In this document: positions 1 to 10,642 of the stretch, piece after piece | How the letters are laid out: each line of letters opens with the position of its first letter | Position numbering within the stretch: the stretch's first letter is position 1 | Source of the DNA: Eledone cirrhosa | Lineage: Eukaryota | Length of the DNA: 64,000 bases | Assembly: GCA_964016885.1 (NCBI GenBank) | Contig: OZ024742.1 | Span: forward strand, 22,072,001-22,136,000 | Direction: 5' to 3' | Made by a program: the position numbers and the translations under genes | The notes under the pieces: generated by a model | What the model saw: only the letters and a program-made list of their open reading frames with translations | Database searches by the model: none | What the model was told of the DNA's origin: nothing

Positions 1-21
1 ATATATATATATATATATATG

Positions 22-55
<34 letters not shown>

Positions 56-66
56 CATATATATGT

Positions 67-390
67 ATCATCATCATCATCATCATCATTTTACGTTCGC
101 TTTTCCCTGCTTGCAAGGGTGGGACAGGAACTGATTCTGGCTTGATTTCTACAGCTGGATGCCCTTCCTAACACCAACCTCATTTACAGTGTGTTCTGGG
201 TGCTTTTTTGCCGTGACAACTCTACGACCACTTTGTGGTCCCTATCATCTCTTTTCTACAGCTGAGTAAACTGGAGCAATGTGAAATAAAGTGTCTTGCT
301 AAAGGAAACAACACATCTCCCGGTCTGAGAATTGAACTCACAACCTTTCGATTGCAAGGCAAATGCTCTAACCACTAAGCCATGTGCCTC
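67..390 (-). mobile_element. tRNA-derived SINE (CORE-like middle, RTE-type tail, (ATG)n end)
   Basis: A box TGGCTTAGTGG, B box GAGTTCAATTC, ccttNagcaagacacttt segment; same family as 22212-22571. Confidence 0.85.
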
Positions 391-614
391 ATATATGCAT
401 ATATGTATATACACACATGTATATAGACATATATATATATATATATATGTATACACACACACATATATATATATATATATGTATACACACACACTTATAT
501 ATATACAAGTATGTATGTAATCAGTAGCCTAAGAGAGAGTGTAACAGAATTTAATAGCCACACTGGATACTACATAAAATACTTTTTTCTCTTGCAATTT
601 TTTTTTATCTTCTT

Positions 615-790
615 TTTATTGTTATTACTACTGTTGTTGTTGTCCTTGTTACTATTGTTAATATTGTTGTTGTTATTGTTGTTACTGTTGTTATTGTCAT
701 TACTGTTGTAGTTTTTGTTGTTGCTTTTGTTACTGTTGTCGTTGTTGTTACTGTTGTTGTTTCTGTTGTTTTTGTTACTGTTGTTGTCGC
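615..790. repeat. (TTG/TTA)n low-complexity microsatellite
   Basis: Direct inspection. Confidence 0.9.
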
Positions 791-1033
791 CGAAATAAGT
801 TGATGCTGAGATAGTTATTTCTATGTCATTTATTTCTTTTCTGTTTATCTGGGATTTTTTTCTCTCTTTCTCAATTCCAGACTGAACTTAATAGCTTTTG
901 GAGGTTAAAGCCATGCCCCACCACAGGAAGATTACAATGGTAACAAGTACATTCTACACAATCACACAACGTCTTGATAGCAAACTATTATTATTGTCTT
1001 GAGACAAACAAGGTAATGAAGGAAAGTTAGAAA

Positions 1034-1303
1034 TTAAAGATCTAAGTACACACCTTCTTGTTTATCATCTGCCCCCTGTGAAATACCATTCTGTAGAGCA
1101 GCAGCTCCGTTGCTCGCATTCTGTAGAGTTTCACCATTATTGTTACCATTCTGTAGAGCAGCATCATTCACTATCACCCGAGGGATGTCGCTTGCAGTAC
1201 GCAAATGTTTGAAAAGATTCTTTCTAAAACGTCCTTCAATGTTTTCATTCAATTTTGTTTTAGAATTTTCTTTGACATTCAAATATGTTTCCTTTTTTTT
1301 TTC
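1034..1303 (-). CDS. Probable downstream exon of the same gene (EKKKETYLNV...QEGVYLDL*); may instead splice out at AG|GTGTGT after 1054
   Basis: tttttatcaattctcAG acceptor, phase 0 matches the exon ending at 20560; non-repetitive open frame; linkage across the 19-kb intron is inferred. Confidence 0.55.
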   Translation of the reverse strand, partial: EKKKETYLNVKENSKTKLNENIEGRFRKNLFKHLRTASDIPRVIVNDAALQNGNNNGETLQNASNGAAALQNGISQGADDKQEGVYLDL

Positions 1304-1559
1304 CTGAGAATTGATAAAAAACAAATATATATTAATTAAAAATCAAATTGCAATAATGGCATCAAAGACAACCATAAATATAATACAAACAACAATATAT
1401 AGACTAGTTTCTCACTTCTGTTGGTGCTTACTAAGTACATTTTCCTCTCTATCTTCAATCCACACATTCAGCCCTTGCTATGGAAGATTGTAACGAAGAT
1501 TGTACATAACCTCATTATAATGAGGTTATGTACAAAACATTCACTGGTGTCAATATGTT

Positions 1560-1790
1560 ACAAATGAAAGTATATATGGAAACTTGGCTGACATAACAAC
1601 TACAATTGCTCCAAGACAGGCAGACAACATTGCTGGAGAACTAGGCAGGAAGTTACACACAAGTTACTATCGTAGGAACCAACTCAAGGGATACGCAGTA
1701 GGGAGCAATTTCCAAGTGCAATGGAAAATGATGAATTGTGGAGAGACTTTGTCAGGAATGTTTGACTGTAGTCACAATGATGGTGATGAT
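1560..1790 (+). mobile_element. Old RTE-like LINE 3' fragment (related copy about 2060-2240)
   Basis: Encodes AMENDELWRDFVRNV* followed by an (ATG)n tail. Confidence 0.55.
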
Positions 1791-1809
1791 ATATATATAT
1801 ATATATATA

Positions 1810-2045
1810 TGATGCACATGGAGGATGACCACTGGGTAAAGAAGTGACAAGAAATCCCAGTAGAAGGAAGACGCAGTAGAGGAAGACCACGAAAAAGATG
1901 AGCGGAGGTGGTGAGAGCAGACCTCAAATCACGGAGGAGATCACAAAGGACTGTGACAAATGGAGAGATGCTGTGCTTAATAAGACCCATTCCACCCTTG
2001 CAAGCAGGGAAAAGCAAACGTAAAATGATGATGATGATGATGATA
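1810..2045 (+). mobile_element. RTE LINE 3' fragment, short-UTR family (also about 26640-26745)
   Basis: MHMEDDHWVKK*QEIPVEGRRSRGRPRKR*AEVVRADL; tail ccacccttgcaagcagggaaaagc..gtaaaa(tga)n. Confidence 0.8.
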
Positions 2046-3239
2046 ATATGTGTGTGTGATGCTGTGGGAACCAACTCACAGGAGACGCGGTAAAGAAAAA
2101 CCTGCTTGAACATTCATCAATCAACTCTCAGGCAATATAAACCTGAAGGAGGAGCAGTGACCAGGTGCAATGGCAAATCACGAATTGTAGAGAAACTTTG
2201 TCAGGAATATTCAACAGTGGTTACAGTGATGATGATGATAATGATCTTTCAAACCCCACTTCCAACCCTTGCTAACAGGGAAAACAGAGGATTATAAAAA
2301 TGATGATGATGATGATAAAACTGCCAAAACATATAACTGGAAATACAGCTGCCAACGTATTTGAATTGTAATTGGATGGTGAGCTGTGAAAATGAGAGGA
2401 GAGAGGCTGATCCTGTGTGCCGTTGACAGATGATCTCAGCTTTGTGGACATTAACTTTCAGGCCTATATTCTTTCATAATATGTAATGGCTGTTAAGATG
2501 ATGACATGAAGGACTTCTGGAGTATGAGCTGCTTCAGCAGTTATCAGCATTCTCTAGTTATATTTGTTCAGATCAAAGCTTGGCGCTGGCAGACATACAA
2601 ACCCACACACACATTGTGCTGTGTGTGGACACATATGTGTGTATGTAGTGGGTTGTGTGCAAGTATGCATATGTATATAACATGCATGTGTTATTTAGAT
2701 ATATATACACACACATGTACACACTGTATATATATATATAACACACACGTACATATACACAGTCTGTTTATATAACACAAATATACATAAACACAGACTG
2801 TACTCACACCCCCACACTCACTTATTGTATGTGTGTGTACATATAGTATATATATATACATACATGTATGCACCCAAACCCACACACATGTACACACACA
2901 CACACACACACAAACACAGCAATTTAATTGAAGGTACAAGGAAAGATATACCAGCACAGATTTGTAAAATGGAATGAAAGTATTGCTGATCCACAGCAGA
3001 ATATCAGTCATATGATGATGATGATGACATGTATAAGTATAATACTTATTCAGTCTCTCTTGTTTTTTTTTACCCTGATTATATAGTTCTCTGCAAAATA
3101 TTAAATATGTGGTTTCATATGATATTGGCAGCGAGCAAGTGCTCTGAGGTCTTGGCATTTTAGCTTCAAGTCTCTCACTAAGAGGGACATAGAGCTGCAT
3201 GACCGTTACATTATATATTGATCATATATATATTGTCTA

Positions 3240-4115
3240 CTAGCAGTGGTACCCAGCGTTGCACGGGATAAGGTATTTTGGGATGCGGGCCGCCAATAGA
3301 CCTAAAAACTGCATGCCTGGACAATATGTAAAGAAAATAAACCGAATACTCTGATGGCTGGATAATTTTTAAGATTTTCCTCGAAGCAGGAAAAATGTAG
3401 GTTTTCACCTAATGCGGGCCCTAGGGGATCAAGAAAATGAATCTTTTTTATGTGCATTATATGCCTTGAAATTTCGGGAAAATCGGCTAGACGTAATGCC
3501 TGCAAAAAGCCCTAAGAAGCTGAAAAAATGAAGTTTTTCACCTAATGCGGGCCTTAGGCCATAAGAAAGTTGGATTTTCTTTGCTTACGGTATGAAGAGG
3601 AGACTGAATAATACATAGTTACAATTTCAAGGAAATCGGTCTGACGTAACGCCTCTAAAAACCCTAAAAATGTTAACCAACGCTGTTTTTCACCTAATGC
3701 GGGCCCTAGGAGACACGTGCAGAACACTCCCTGAAACATAAGTAATACACATGTAAAGTTTGAAAAAAATCGGTTGGGTACTTCTCGACTTTTAGGGATT
3801 CAAACTCACACACACACAGACATCCTCAAGGAAGTGACGTAATGCAGACAGTCAGACATACAGACAGATATTATAAGGGCGCGACGTTATATGTGTATCT
3901 ATCTAAAAAGAGAAAGACTAAGAATTATAAAGCGAGATCGCTAAATCGCCTAATGTGTTCCCTGGACATAGAAAATTTGTAATTTTTTTGGCTCAGAACA
4001 CTCCCTGAAACATAAGTATTACATGTGTAAAGGTTGAAAACAGTCGGTTGGGTGCTTCTCTAGTTTTAGGGATTCAAACTCTCACACACACAGACATCCT
4101 CAGTTTTATATATAG
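3240..4115 (-). mobile_element. Non-autonomous Helitron
   Basis: Minus-strand 3' CTAG at 3243-3240 with GC hairpin cccagcgttgcacggg; 5' ctatatatataaaac followed by (GT)/(CTGT) repeats; internal duplications. Confidence 0.7.
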
Positions 4116-4212
4116 TGACTAGCAGAAAACCACGCGTGGGGCGGTTTTCTGCTAGTCTATATATATATTACACACACAGAAATGTATATATATTTCTGTG
4201 TGTGTATATATA

Positions 4213-7200
4213 TCATCATCATCATCATCATCATCAACGTTTAACGTCCGTGTTCAACGCTTGCATGGGTTTGGGCGGGGGTTTTCCCACTTGAGGCAAG
4301 AGTGATTGTCTTGCTCGCATAGGACTGTCTGGCAGGTTTTCTACAGTTGGATGCCCTTCCTAACACCAACCACATTTACAGTGTGGGTCTGGGAGGTTTT
4401 TACCGTGTTGCCTACACGGCCACATTACAGCGTGGACTGTGTGTTTTTTTGTCATGACACCTACACGATCTCATTTGTTTCGGCCTGGATAGTGTGGCAC
4501 CAACATAACTTTACATAGAAGGGGGCGGTGTGGATGGGGTGGGGGTGGTGGGACGGGGGTGTATTTTGTTAGAGATGCCTACTGACTGTAGTAGGTTTTA
4601 CTTTGTATTTAGGTAAGGCGAGTCTTCTCTATTACTGAGTACCGCCAAAGGTCTCGCTCCAGTGACATTGTCTTGGTGAGGTGTAAGTGTGTGAGGTCGG
4701 AGTTTATCAGCTCGTCCCAGGTTTTTCTGGTCTGCCTATTCCGTGGCTACCGTCTATCTTTATTGCCCTGCACTTTGTTATACAGCTATCGTCCTTCATG
4801 CGCATCACGTGACCATACCAACGTAGCCTTCTCTCTAGTAAACAACATCTGATCCCTCTTATTTCTAATTTTTTCCTTAGTTCGTTTATGCTTTGTCGTT
4901 CACGTATATTACTATTACACATCCAGCGGAGCATGCAAGCTTCGTTTCTCTCTAGTCTGCGTATATCCTCTGCACACAATGCCCAGGTCTCACTGCCATG
5001 CAACATTGCTGTTCGTATGCAGGCATCGTACAGCCTGCCTTTCATTTTTAGGGAGAACCCTTTAGCGGCTAATAGTGGTATAAGCTCTCTGAACTTTTTC
5101 CACCCAGTTCTGACTCTAGCTACTGTACTTTCAGAGCACCCTCCCCCACTGCTGATTTTGTCACCCAGGTAACGGAAGCTGTCCACTATTTCTATAGAAC
5201 CCTCTGCGCAGTTGAAAGAGCTAGTATTTTGTGGGCACTTGCTGCTACTTATTGCCCCAGAACACCGGCCACATGTCAAATCTATGTTCTTAGTTAGCTT
5301 ACCTGTGATCCCACTACATCTTTTATGCACCCAAACTTTGCATTTGGGACACAAAATGGAATTTCTACCTACGCCTTTCCTACACTCTGCGCATGGCCAC
5401 TTCCCGGAGGGGACCGCCGCCTTATTTTCTTTCTTACAAACTAGAACTTTAGTCTTAGCCAGGTTAATTTTAAGGCCTTTTGATTCTAGGCCTTGCTTCC
5501 ATGTTTGGAATTTCTTCTCTAGCTCGGCCATTGATTCAGCTATGAGCGTTAGATCATCCCATGGGCAGCCGGTCTTGAACTCCACTGTTATAGCCTGGAG
5601 GGCAATAATAAATAGTAGGAGGCTAAGAACAGAGCCCTGATGAACACCAACTTTTACACTAAACTCTTCACTATATTCGTTGTTAATTCTAACCTTGCTG
5701 ACTGTTTCTTTATACATGGCTTGTATAGCTCTCACAAGCCATTCATCAACACCTAGTTTTCTAAGAGCCCACCAGATAATGGAACGGGGGACTCTGTCGA
5801 AGGCCTTCTCCAAGTCGACGAAAGCTAAGTATAGGGGTTTACTTTTAGCTAGGTACTTCTCCTGTAGTTGTCGTACAATGAAAAGAGCGTCTGTGGTACT
5901 TTTTCCTGACACAAACCCGAACTGCATTTCATCTAGATCAATTCGCTCTCTGATTAGTTGCGCTATTACTTTTTCCGTGACCTTCATGACCTGGTCGATT
6001 AATTTAATGCCTCTATAGTTACTCCTATCTAGGGCATCTCCTTTACCCTTATAACAGTTAACGATAATGCTGCTACGCCAGTCCTTCGGAACAACCCCAT
6101 TCTGTATGACTTGGTTGACTATCCGGGTGACCATGGTGTGTCCCACCGTACCAGATGCCTTCAGCATCTCGGCAACTATTTCCGAAGGCCCAGCCGCCTT
6201 GCCTGTCTTCATATCTTTGATTGCCTTACTTATTATACTACCCTCGACTAACACTGCTGGTCCCTCTATTGGGTCGATGTGGGGGAGACTGTCTTTCTCC
6301 CATTTATTCTCCTCATTTAGTAGCCTTTCATAGTGACACTTCCAAGCTACCTTCTTATCGGTGTCGGTGATGGCAAGTACGCCGTCATCGTTAAGTACAC
6401 ATTTCTCCCCGACAATATCACTGTTTTCCTTGACACATTGCCTAGCAATCCTGAACACCTCACGTTTTTGGTCCTCACGTTGTAGAACATGCTTGAACTT
6501 TCTTTCCTCGGCTTCCCTTCTTGCGAAGTACACTTGTCTCCTAGGTTCCCTCCTGGCCACTTGATAGTCTTCTCTGCTTCCCCCATCCCGCCATACTTTC
6601 CAAGCCTGCTTTTTGGCCTTAATTGACCCCTCCACCTTACTGTTCCACCACCATGTTACTCTCCTCCTGCCTACAGGCCTGCTCCAGCCACAGACTTCGT
6701 CTGCCGCCGTCAGCAGGTTTGCTTTCAGGAATTCCCACTGTTCCTCTACCTTGTACGTCTCTAATTGCTCTTCCTCACTGTCGAAAGCATCAAGTAATAT
6801 GCTTTGGAATTTAATTTTGGCTGTGGGGTCCTTTAGCTTCCATATTTTTCTCCTGAGGATAGTCCTCTTCTGTTGTCTAGTACGTCTCGTCCTGACTATT
6901 AGGTCGCTAATTATCAGTCTATGTTGGGAAGTGCATTCTTCATGGGGGAGGGATTTAGTGTTTAAGACAGTCACTTTGTCACGTCTTCTGGTAAGGATAT
7001 AATCTACCTGGCTAGTATGTTCCCCTGATCTGTAGGTGATCAAGTGATTGTCTCGTTTTTTGAAGTTAGTGTTGCAGATAGTTAGGTTATTTGCGTCGCA
7101 GAATTCCAGGATTCTGGAGCCTTCCTCATTTCTAGTACCAAACCCATAGCCTCCATGGATTTCGTCGTAGCCGTCACAATGTTGTCCAACGTGACCGTTT

Positions 7201-7936
7201 AGGTCGCCTGCAATAATTATATAGTCACTGTCGGTTATTTGGGAGGTAGAGAGAATCAGTGTGTCATAGAATCTGTCTTTTATAGTGCTGGGCAGTCCGG
7301 ATTGGGGTGCGTACGCGGATATTACTGTCACCGTAGTTCTATTGAGGACAAGTCTTATTTTAATTATTCTGTCGTTCACTCTATTTACGTCTATTATCTT
7401 ATCTGCCCACTTTTCTGCTATCATGATTCCTACTCCCCCCAGCCCATTGTCGTTTCCCACCCAGAAAAGCTTATAGCATCGTTTTCTACCCACAATGTAT
7501 CTAGCAGATCCACCCCTCCACCTGGTCTCTTGAATACAACAAACATCGACCTCCTTACGTTCAAGCATTTCTGCAACCTCGTTAGAGCGACCCTTTAAGG
7601 TGCCTACATTCAAGGTACCAAATCTGAAGTTTTGGATTGCGTTTGGGGGGTTGGAAAGGTGGGGAGCGGGGGGAGATGGGGTTATGTTAGCCATCCGCGG
7701 CCGAAACAAAGAGGCATGCTCGCATTCTCGTCCACGAGGTGTGATTGTCTTTAACTTTGGCATTGTCGCTGAGCGTCCAGATTTTTCTCTCTTCAACTCT
7801 CCGGAACTCCGTAGTCCTTCCATCCTACATATCGAAGGCGACCAGGTAAGCGATAGTATAGGCCTCTGGCTTATGATTGGTCCACGTAATAATAATGGTG
7901 GTGTGTGGGGGCGGGAGGGAGGGGTGTTGAGTTGTT
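4213..7936 (-). mobile_element. Near-full-length RTE-clade LINE, copy 1
   Basis: APE + RT ORF, about 400-bp 3' UTR, (ATG)n tail. Confidence 0.95.
4608..7823 (-). pseudogene. RTE ORF: APE endonuclease + RT with PHD insertion; inactivated by loss of ELLYA from the YADD motif and a C-terminal frameshift
   Basis: GTLNVGTL, IQETRW, AGDLNGH, SQVDYIL, QHRL (APE); QFGF, FVDLEKAFD, GVHQGSVLS (RT); CPWDDL versus CPWELLYADDL in copies 2, 3 and 5. Confidence 0.92.
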
Positions 7937-8969
7937 AGCGAGAAGGATAGGTTTAAGTGAGAACCCCGTATTAACGAACAAAAATACAAGATTTGTTTAG
8001 TAAAATACGTCAAAAACTTCCGTATTTTTACAAGCATGACAGAAATACAAGAGATTTGTCTTGGAAAATACATGGGGAATGGAAAGAGGATAGAAAAAAA
8101 TGCTATTGGAAGAACTAAAAATGCTGTTGGAAGGACTAATGGAGTTAGAAGAGGTAGAAAAATGAGTACATTACATTAAAAATGAGTACATTACATTATA
8201 ACCAAGAATGAATGAAGTTCAGCCACAAGTTTGGCGAAAGTGAATTACTTTGTCTTATATATGTATATGGGTTGGGTAGAGAGAGAGGGGGGTGGGTGGT
8301 GGTGGTGATGATTTGATCGCATGTTGTAGAGTGTGGTGGAGGGGAAGAAGATATTAAGGAGCGGGAATTAAGAGTTTGAAATAATAACATATATCTAAAA
8401 TATTGTTAAGAGTTTGAAGTAACAAATATATTTAAAATATTTGTATATGAGAAGAGTAGGTTTAAGCGAGAAGGATAGGTTTAAGTGAGAACCCCGTATT
8501 AACGAACAAAAATACAAGATTTGTTTAGTAAAATACGTCAAAAACTGCCGTATTTTTACAAGCATGACAGAAATACAAGAGATTTGTTTTGGAAAATACA
8601 TGGGGAATGGAAAGAGGATAGAAAAAAATGCTATTGGAAGGACTAAAAATGCTGTTGGAAGTTTTTGACGTATTTTACTAAACAAATCTTGTATTTTTGT
8701 TCGTTAATACGGGGTTCTCACTTAAACCTATCCTTCTCGCTTAAACCTACTCTTCTCATATACAAATATTTTAAATATATTTGTTACATCAAACTCTTAA
8801 CAATATTTTAGATATATGTTATTATTTCAAACTCTTAATTCCCGCTCTTTAATATCTTCTTCCCCTCCACCACACTCTACAACATGCGGTCAAATCATCA
8901 CCACCACCACCCACCCCCCTCTCTCTCTACCCAACCCATATACATATATAAGACAAAGTAATTCACTTT
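7937..8969. mobile_element. Direct-plus-inverted repeat block resembling Penelope-like pseudo-LTR structure
   Basis: 7937-8133 repeated at 8465-8661; 8657-8969 is the reverse complement of about 8237-8548; no coding or ribozyme motif seen, so the family call is inference. Confidence 0.5.
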
Positions 8970-9074
8970 ATATATATATTACACACACAGAAATGTATAT
9001 ATATTTCTGTGTGTATATATATATATTTCTGTGTTTGTATATATATATTACACACACACAGAAATGTATATATG

Positions 9075-9243
9075 TTTCTGTAGCACTCCTCAATTCCCCC
9101 CTCTCTCCCTCCAGCTATCCCCCTCTCGTAGTCTGTCTCTTTCTTTCACTCTCTACGCGTGCGCAAAAAACATTCGCACGCGCGCACGTGTTTCTACTGT
9201 CAGACAGACAGACAGAGAAATTGCAGGTTATATATTATAAGGA
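9075..9243 (-). mobile_element. Helitron-like 5' end
   Basis: Minus strand starts TCCTTATAATATATAACC followed by (CTGT)n. Confidence 0.5.
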
Positions 9244-9313
9244 GATTTATGTATATATATATGTATGTATATTAATTCAAAATATTAACAAAAATAATCA
9301 TCCGTGTGATAAA

Positions 9314-9378
9314 ATTTTATCTGATGAGGCCGTACTGTTGAAGATAGCTTAGTACCTCTGAAATATGTATAATAAAAT
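9314..9378 (+). ncRNA. Minimal type I hammerhead ribozyme
   Basis: attttat-CTGATGA-ggccgtac..gtacctct-GAAA-tatgta-TA-ataaaat; 7-bp stem I. Confidence 0.8.
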
Positions 9379-9494
9379 ATACTTGATCACACGAATGTCT
9401 ATGTTTGTTAATATTTTGAATTAATATTAATAACTCCGGAAAACCAATACTGTGGAGTGCTTCTAATCTATTGTAAAACTTTATTCTTTGATTT

Positions 9495-9970
9495 ATTCAT
9501 CCACGCTAGCATGGGTTAGACGGGTTATCCTGTTGTGGGCAATGTCTGGTCGGCTGACCATGCCTTGCTCATACAGGAACTGATTTGGCTTGATTTCTAC
9601 AGCCGGATGCCCTTCCTAACACCAACCTCATTTACAGTGAGTGCTGGGTGCTTTTTTGTGGCGCCTACACGTCCACTTTAGAGTGTGGGCTGGGTGCTTT
9701 TTTGCCGTGGCACCTCCACGTCCACCTTGCAGTGGGGTCTGTGGGGGCATATTGTCTATATGCTTCAGCTTGTACCCATGGGAGGTCGGGTACTCTGTAT
9801 TACTGCGTGATGCCAGAGGTCACGGTCGTGTGTCATAGCCTTTGAGAGGTGTAATTGGGTAAGGTCGGCTGTTATCACCTCATCCCAGGTCATCTTGGGT
9901 CTCCCCACTCCGCGGTTTCCATCGACTTCTAGTGCTCTGCACCTTTTTATGCAGCTGTTATCCTTCATGT
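9495..9970 (-). mobile_element. RTE family B 3' fragment
   Basis: MKDNSCIKRCRALEVDGNRGVGRPKMTWDEVI plus 3' UTR. Confidence 0.85.
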
Positions 9971-9992
9971 ATGTATTTATATATACAGGTCG

Positions 9993-10500
9993 CATTGGTA
10001 TGGACTTGTCATGCGTATGAAGGATGACAGCTGCATAAAAAAGTGCAGAGCACTAGAAGTCAGTGGAAAACGCGGAGTTGGGAGACCCAAGAAGACCTGG
10101 GATGAGGTGATAAAAGCCGACCTTACCCAATTACACCTCTCAAATAAAATGACACACGACCGTGATCTCTGGTGTCACGCAGTAATACAGAGTACTCGAC
10201 CTCCCATGGGTACAAGACGAAGCTGAAGCATATAGACAATATGCCCCCACACCCTCCCACTGCAAAAAAGCACCCAGCCCACACTGTAAAGTGGACGCGT
10301 AGGCGCCATGGAAAAAAAGCACCCAGACACTCACTGTAAATGAGGTTGGTGTTAGGAAGGGCATCCAGCTGTAGAAATCAAGCCAAATCAGTTCCTGTAT
10401 GAGCAAGGCATGGTCAGCCGACCAGATACTGCCAACAGCAGGACAACCCGTCTAACCCATGCTAGCGTGGAAGAACGGACGTAAAACAGTGATGATGATG
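9993..10500 (+). mobile_element. RTE family B 3' fragment
   Basis: MRMKDDSCIKKCRALEVSGKRGVGRPKKTWDEVI, 3' UTR, (ATG)n tail. Confidence 0.85.
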
Positions 10501-10531
<31 letters not shown>

Positions 10532-10579
10532 TACATATGCATATATACATATATATATATATATATACATATATACATA

Positions 10580-10617
<38 letters not shown>

Positions 10618-10642
10618 TATATATATATATACATATATATAT

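Noticed and set aside
3040-3112. Possible extra exon (RELYNQGKKKQERLNK)
   Set aside because: Acceptor is plausible but phase does not match and there is no recognisable homology
7824-7936. HDV-like ribozyme at the RTE 5' end
   Set aside because: No nested pseudoknot recognisable; the 5' end may be truncated
4888-7938. Plus-strand ORFs recurring opposite the RTE copies
   Set aside because: Antisense shadows of the RT ORF; they recur only because the copies are similar
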